DNA from: a virus
Strand: one strand, 5' to 3'
Virus record (IMG/VR): IMGVR_UViG_3300045988_046749
DNA length: 46,325 nucleotides
Every line of letters begins with the position of its first letter. Position 1 is the stretch's first letter. This document shows, piece after piece, positions 43,407 to 46,325 of this stretch. The notes under the pieces were generated by a model that was not told the DNA's origin, ran no database searches, and saw only the letters and a list, made by a program, of their open reading frames with translations. Position numbers and translations under genes: made by a program.

Positions 43407-44573
43407 ATGCCAGCAAAAACAAATCTTATTATGACTAATGATATCCAGGTCACAGCACGTGAGATTGACTTTGTAACCAGATTCGAAAGAAACTGGCAGC
43501 ACTTACGTGACATTCTGGGTATCATGAGACCTATCAAAAAACAGCCGGGTGCTGTACTGAAATCTAAGTACGCAGAGGGTACTTTACAGAGTGGACTTGT
43601 CGGTGAGGGTGAGGAAATTCCTTACAGCAAGTTCACTGTAAAAGAAAAGAACTATGCGGAAATGACTATCGAGAAGTACGCAAAGGCTGTATCTATCGAA
43701 GCAATCAAGGATCATGGTTATGAGAACGCTGTTCAGATGACCGATGATGAATTCCTTTTCCAGCTTCAGACTGATGTTACCAGCAGATTCTATGACTATC
43801 TGAAAACCGGTACACTTACTTCCACAGAAACCACATTCCAGATGGCTCTGGCAATGGCCAAAGGTCGTGTTGAGAACAAATTCAAACAAATACACAGAAA
43901 TGTGACTGGCGTTGTTGGATTTGTGAACATTCTGGACGTATATGAATACCTTGGAGCAGCTGAAATCACCATTCAAAACCAGTTCGGCTTCCAGTATATG
44001 AAAGACTTCATGGGATTCAATACTATCTTCCTGCTATCTGACAGTGAGATTCCAAGAGGACAGGTTATCGCTACCCCTGTCGAGAACATCGTGCTGTACT
44101 ATGTAGATCCGAATGAATCTGACTTTGCAAGAGCAGGACTTGTATATACTGTTTCTGGCGAGACAAACCTGATTGGATTCCACACTCAGGGCAACTACCA
44201 CACAGCAGTGTCCGAAGCGTTCGCAGTAATGGGACTTACTCTTTTTGCAGAGTACATTGACGCAATCGCAGTAATTACCATTGACGAGACACCAACGCTT
44301 GGAACTCTGACAGTAACATCTGCGGCAGGGACAGCAAGTGGCGACACAAAAATCACTGTAAATCCAGCTAAAGAAAATGCCAACAACGTATATAAATACA
44401 AAGTTGCAGCGGATGCAGTAACTGTCGGATACGGACAGAATCTCAGAAACTGGAGCACTTGGGATGGAAAAGCCGATATCACAGCGGCAACCGGACAGAA
44501 GATCACAGTGGTTGAGTGCGATGGAACATACAAGGCGCTGAATGCCGGAAGTGCAAGCGTAACAGCAAAATGA
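43407..44573 (+). CDS. Major capsid protein with C-terminal Ig/beta-sandwich-like extension
   Basis: 388 aa; MPAKTNLIMTNDIQVTAREIDFVTRFERNWQHLRDILGIMRPIKKQPG...; C-term TPTLGTLTVTSAAGTASGDTKITV... Confidence 0.85.
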   Translation: MPAKTNLIMTNDIQVTAREIDFVTRFERNWQHLRDILGIMRPIKKQPGAVLKSKYAEGTLQSGLVGEGEEIPYSKFTVKEKNYAEMTIEKYAKAVSIEAIKDHGYENAVQMTDDEFLFQLQTDVTSRFYDYLKTGTLTSTETTFQMALAMAKGRVENKFKQIHRNVTGVVGFVNILDVYEYLGAAEITIQNQFGFQYMKDFMGFNTIFLLSDSEIPRGQVIATPVENIVLYYVDPNESDFARAGLVYTVSGETNLIGFHTQGNYHTAVSEAFAVMGLTLFAEYIDAIAVITIDETPTLGTLTVTSAAGTASGDTKITVNPAKENANNVYKYKVAADAVTVGYGQNLRNWSTWDGKADITAATGQKITVVECDGTYKALNAGSASVTAK

Positions 44574-44594
44574 TGAATCTGGGAGGTAACTGGC

Positions 44595-45089
44595 ATGGCT
44601 TATGCAGATTATAAATTCTATACAGAATCATTCGGCAATGTCGTGCCAGAAATCGACTTTCCGCGGCTGGCAGAAAGAGCCAGTGATTTTGTGGACACAA
44701 TGACGTTTGACAGGTTGGTGGACGGACTGCCGAAAAATGAACGCTCGCAGAAGCGTATCAAAAAGGCGGTCTGTTCACTGGCTGAATTAATGTATCAGAT
44801 TGAACTTTCTGAGAAGAATGCTACCAATGCTGCTGTGAGCGGTACGTCAACCGCAATCGGGTCTGGTGGTAGCACGACAGGCATTGTAACATCTGTAAGT
44901 TCTGGCAGTGAATCCATTTCTTACGCCACTCCTCAGCAGAAAGCATCGGGCGCAAAGGAATGGAGCGCAGTGTATGCCGCCGCCGGAGATGTACAGAAAA
45001 CGAACGACTTGCTTCTTAAGACAGCGTTGCCACTTTTGATGGGAGTAAGGACGGATGATGGAATACCAGTATTGTATGCAGGAGTGTAA
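44595..45089 (+). CDS. Head-tail connector protein
   Basis: MAYADYKFYTESFGNVVPEIDFPRLAERASDFVDTMTF. Confidence 0.75.
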   Translation: MAYADYKFYTESFGNVVPEIDFPRLAERASDFVDTMTFDRLVDGLPKNERSQKRIKKAVCSLAELMYQIELSEKNATNAAVSGTSTAIGSGGSTTGIVTSVSSGSESISYATPQQKASGAKEWSAVYAAAGDVQKTNDLLLKTALPLLMGVRTDDGIPVLYAGV

Positions 45090-45094
45090 TTGAG

Positions 45095-45268
45095 ATGAAT
45101 AAAGTAATGTGTTTTTTGACTGGCGGGCATAAATTCAAAAGTCCTGCTGAATCAAAATGTAATGACAAAGAAAAGACTTGTACCATTACGGAAACTTGCT
45201 GTAAATGCGGGAAACAGTTTTTATTTACAGGTACATACAAACAGTTTAGTATTCCAGATGTGAGGTGA
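45095..45268 (+). CDS. Small zinc-ribbon prophage protein (DUF1660-like)
   Basis: 57 aa MNKVMCFLTGGHKFKSPAESKCNDKEKTCTITETCCKCGKQFLFTGTYKQFSIPDVR; not in ORF track. Confidence 0.6.
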   Translation: MNKVMCFLTGGHKFKSPAESKCNDKEKTCTITETCCKCGKQFLFTGTYKQFSIPDVR

Positions 45269-45273
45269 AAATA

Positions 45274-45588
45274 ATGAAGAAGTTATTTATTTCTCAGCCC
45301 ATGAGGGGCAAGACAGATGAGGAAATTCTTGCGGTAAGAGAAAAGGCAATTAAAAGCGCAGAGAAGCAGGTTGGTGAACCTGTAGAAGTAATTGATTCTT
45401 TCTTCCAGTCAGCACCAGTTGACGCAAAGCCACTCTGGTATCTGGGTGAATCCCTCAAACTTCTGGCAGAAGCTGATGTGGCGTTTTTCGCTAAAGGATG
45501 GGACGAAGCCAGAGGATGCAAGATTGAGAATACTTGCGCTATCGAGTATGGCATTGAGACCATTATTGAAGATTATACGGAGGGTTAA
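45274..45588 (+). CDS. DUF4406-like (nucleoside 2-deoxyribosyltransferase-fold) protein
   Basis: MKKLFISQPMRGKTDEEILAVREKAIKSAEKQ...ADVAFFAKGWDEARGCKIENTCAIEYGI. Confidence 0.75.
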   Translation: MKKLFISQPMRGKTDEEILAVREKAIKSAEKQVGEPVEVIDSFFQSAPVDAKPLWYLGESLKLLAEADVAFFAKGWDEARGCKIENTCAIEYGIETIIEDYTEG

Positions 45589-45590
45589 AG

Positions 45591-45926
45591 ATGGAAGCAT
45601 TATTTACAAATGTAACTCTGATTCTGGCAGTAATCAGCGTTCTGGCGTTTTGCGTATCTGTGATTACACAGGTGATTAAAAATGTCGGGTTCCTGTCGAA
45701 AATTCCGACAGATGCACTGGTACTTGTACTGTCCATTGGAATTACTGTAGCCGCTTTTGTGGCGTATATGCAGTATATCCACATGACAATCTTGTGGTAT
45801 ATGATTTTAGCTGCTATCATGGCTGGGTTTATTGTGGCGTTTATTTCCATGTTTGGATGGGAGAAGATTACGGAATTATGGAAGCGAACGTCCAAGGTTG
45901 ATGTGGATAAGCTGAAAAATAAATGA
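45591..45926 (+). CDS. Holin-like membrane protein
   Basis: 111 aa, three hydrophobic segments and charged C-terminus WKRTSKVDVDKLKNK. Confidence 0.65.
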   Translation: MEALFTNVTLILAVISVLAFCVSVITQVIKNVGFLSKIPTDALVLVLSIGITVAAFVAYMQYIHMTILWYMILAAIMAGFIVAFISMFGWEKITELWKRTSKVDVDKLKNK

Positions 45927-45942
45927 TTAAGGAGAGGGTATC

Positions 45943-46325
45943 ATGTATTCATCTAAAATTACACTTTTCAACTATTACGAAAGTGCCACAACTGGAGATG
46001 CGTACTGGTATCCTCATGTTTTATCCGGCGTTGACCTCATTACGGACAAGGGAGCAATACTCAAGAAGTACGGACCGGACGCAACAGACAATGCGCAGTT
46101 GCACGTCCGATATACCGTCCAGAACGGCGATATAACCATTGCTGATAAGGATGGAAAGATTCTCCCGTGGATACCGCCCAAAGAATGGAAAGGGCAGATT
46201 AACAACGCTTTGGAAGACACTATCACATTCTCGGACGAATCATTCTTCTGGGAGGGTGAGTGGACTGGCAGAACGGTAACTGATGGTGATTATCGGAATG
46301 GATTCTATCAGTACATGAACGAGAA
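45943..46325 (+). CDS. 5' part of the head-tail joining protein that continues at position 1 of the circle
   Basis: MYSSKITLFNYYESATTGDAYWYPHVLSGVDLITDKGAILKKYG...; GGAGAGG SD. Confidence 0.8.
   Translation, partial: MYSSKITLFNYYESATTGDAYWYPHVLSGVDLITDKGAILKKYGPDATDNAQLHVRYTVQNGDITIADKDGKILPWIPPKEWKGQINNALEDTITFSDESFFWEGEWTGRTVTDGDYRNGFYQYMNE
46271..46325. repeat. 55-nt exact terminal overlap with 1..55
   Basis: gaacggtaactgatggtgattatcgg...aacgagaa at both ends. Confidence 0.97.

Noticed and set aside
46271-46325. Biological direct terminal repeats of a linear genome
   Set aside because: The repeat is only 55 nt, lies inside a coding sequence and restores an intact ORF when joined; best explained as an assembly overlap of a circular/permuted genome.

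Overview
The window is a complete, apparently circular temperate siphophage genome, probably from a Clostridia/Lachnospiraceae host judging by gene content and style. The last 55 nt (46271-46325) repeat the first 55 nt exactly, and one head-tail joining gene reads in frame across the junction, so the unique length is 46270 bp. Order around the circle: tail module (1-11 kb), endolysin (11.5 kb), large serine integrase (minus, 12.6-14.2 kb), immunity region with divergent repressor/Cro-like genes (15.3-16.0 kb), a run of very small membrane or cysteine-rich proteins (16-19.5 kb), a replication/recombination module (19.5-26 kb: Sak4-like ATPase, DUF669-like, ERCC4 nuclease, CHC2 primase, DUF927-type helicase, PIF1/RecD-like helicase), many small early genes (26-33.7 kb, including a truncated PAPS-reductase-family gene, a radical SAM protein and a YopX-like protein), and the packaging/head module (33.8-46.3 kb). 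Best leads: (1) a promoterless, start-less alternative C-terminal cassette lying tail-to-tail with a tail gene, with a short inverted repeat in matching reading phase (candidate invertible tail module); (2) a three-copy late-promoter motif AAATGTGGGG-N23-TAnnAT upstream of terS, the scaffold/capsid genes and the lysin; (3) eleven GGTTAC/GTAACC repeats within 300 nt between two helicase genes (candidate origin); (4) three TTCG-N7-CGAA operators at about 29-30 bp spacing in the immunity switch; (5) a ~670-nt noncoding region upstream of the scaffold gene containing two tRNA-like elements with aberrant anticodon arms; (6) a candidate ~80-nt sRNA divergent from the integrase. All family names come from reading the sequence and recall; no database search was run.
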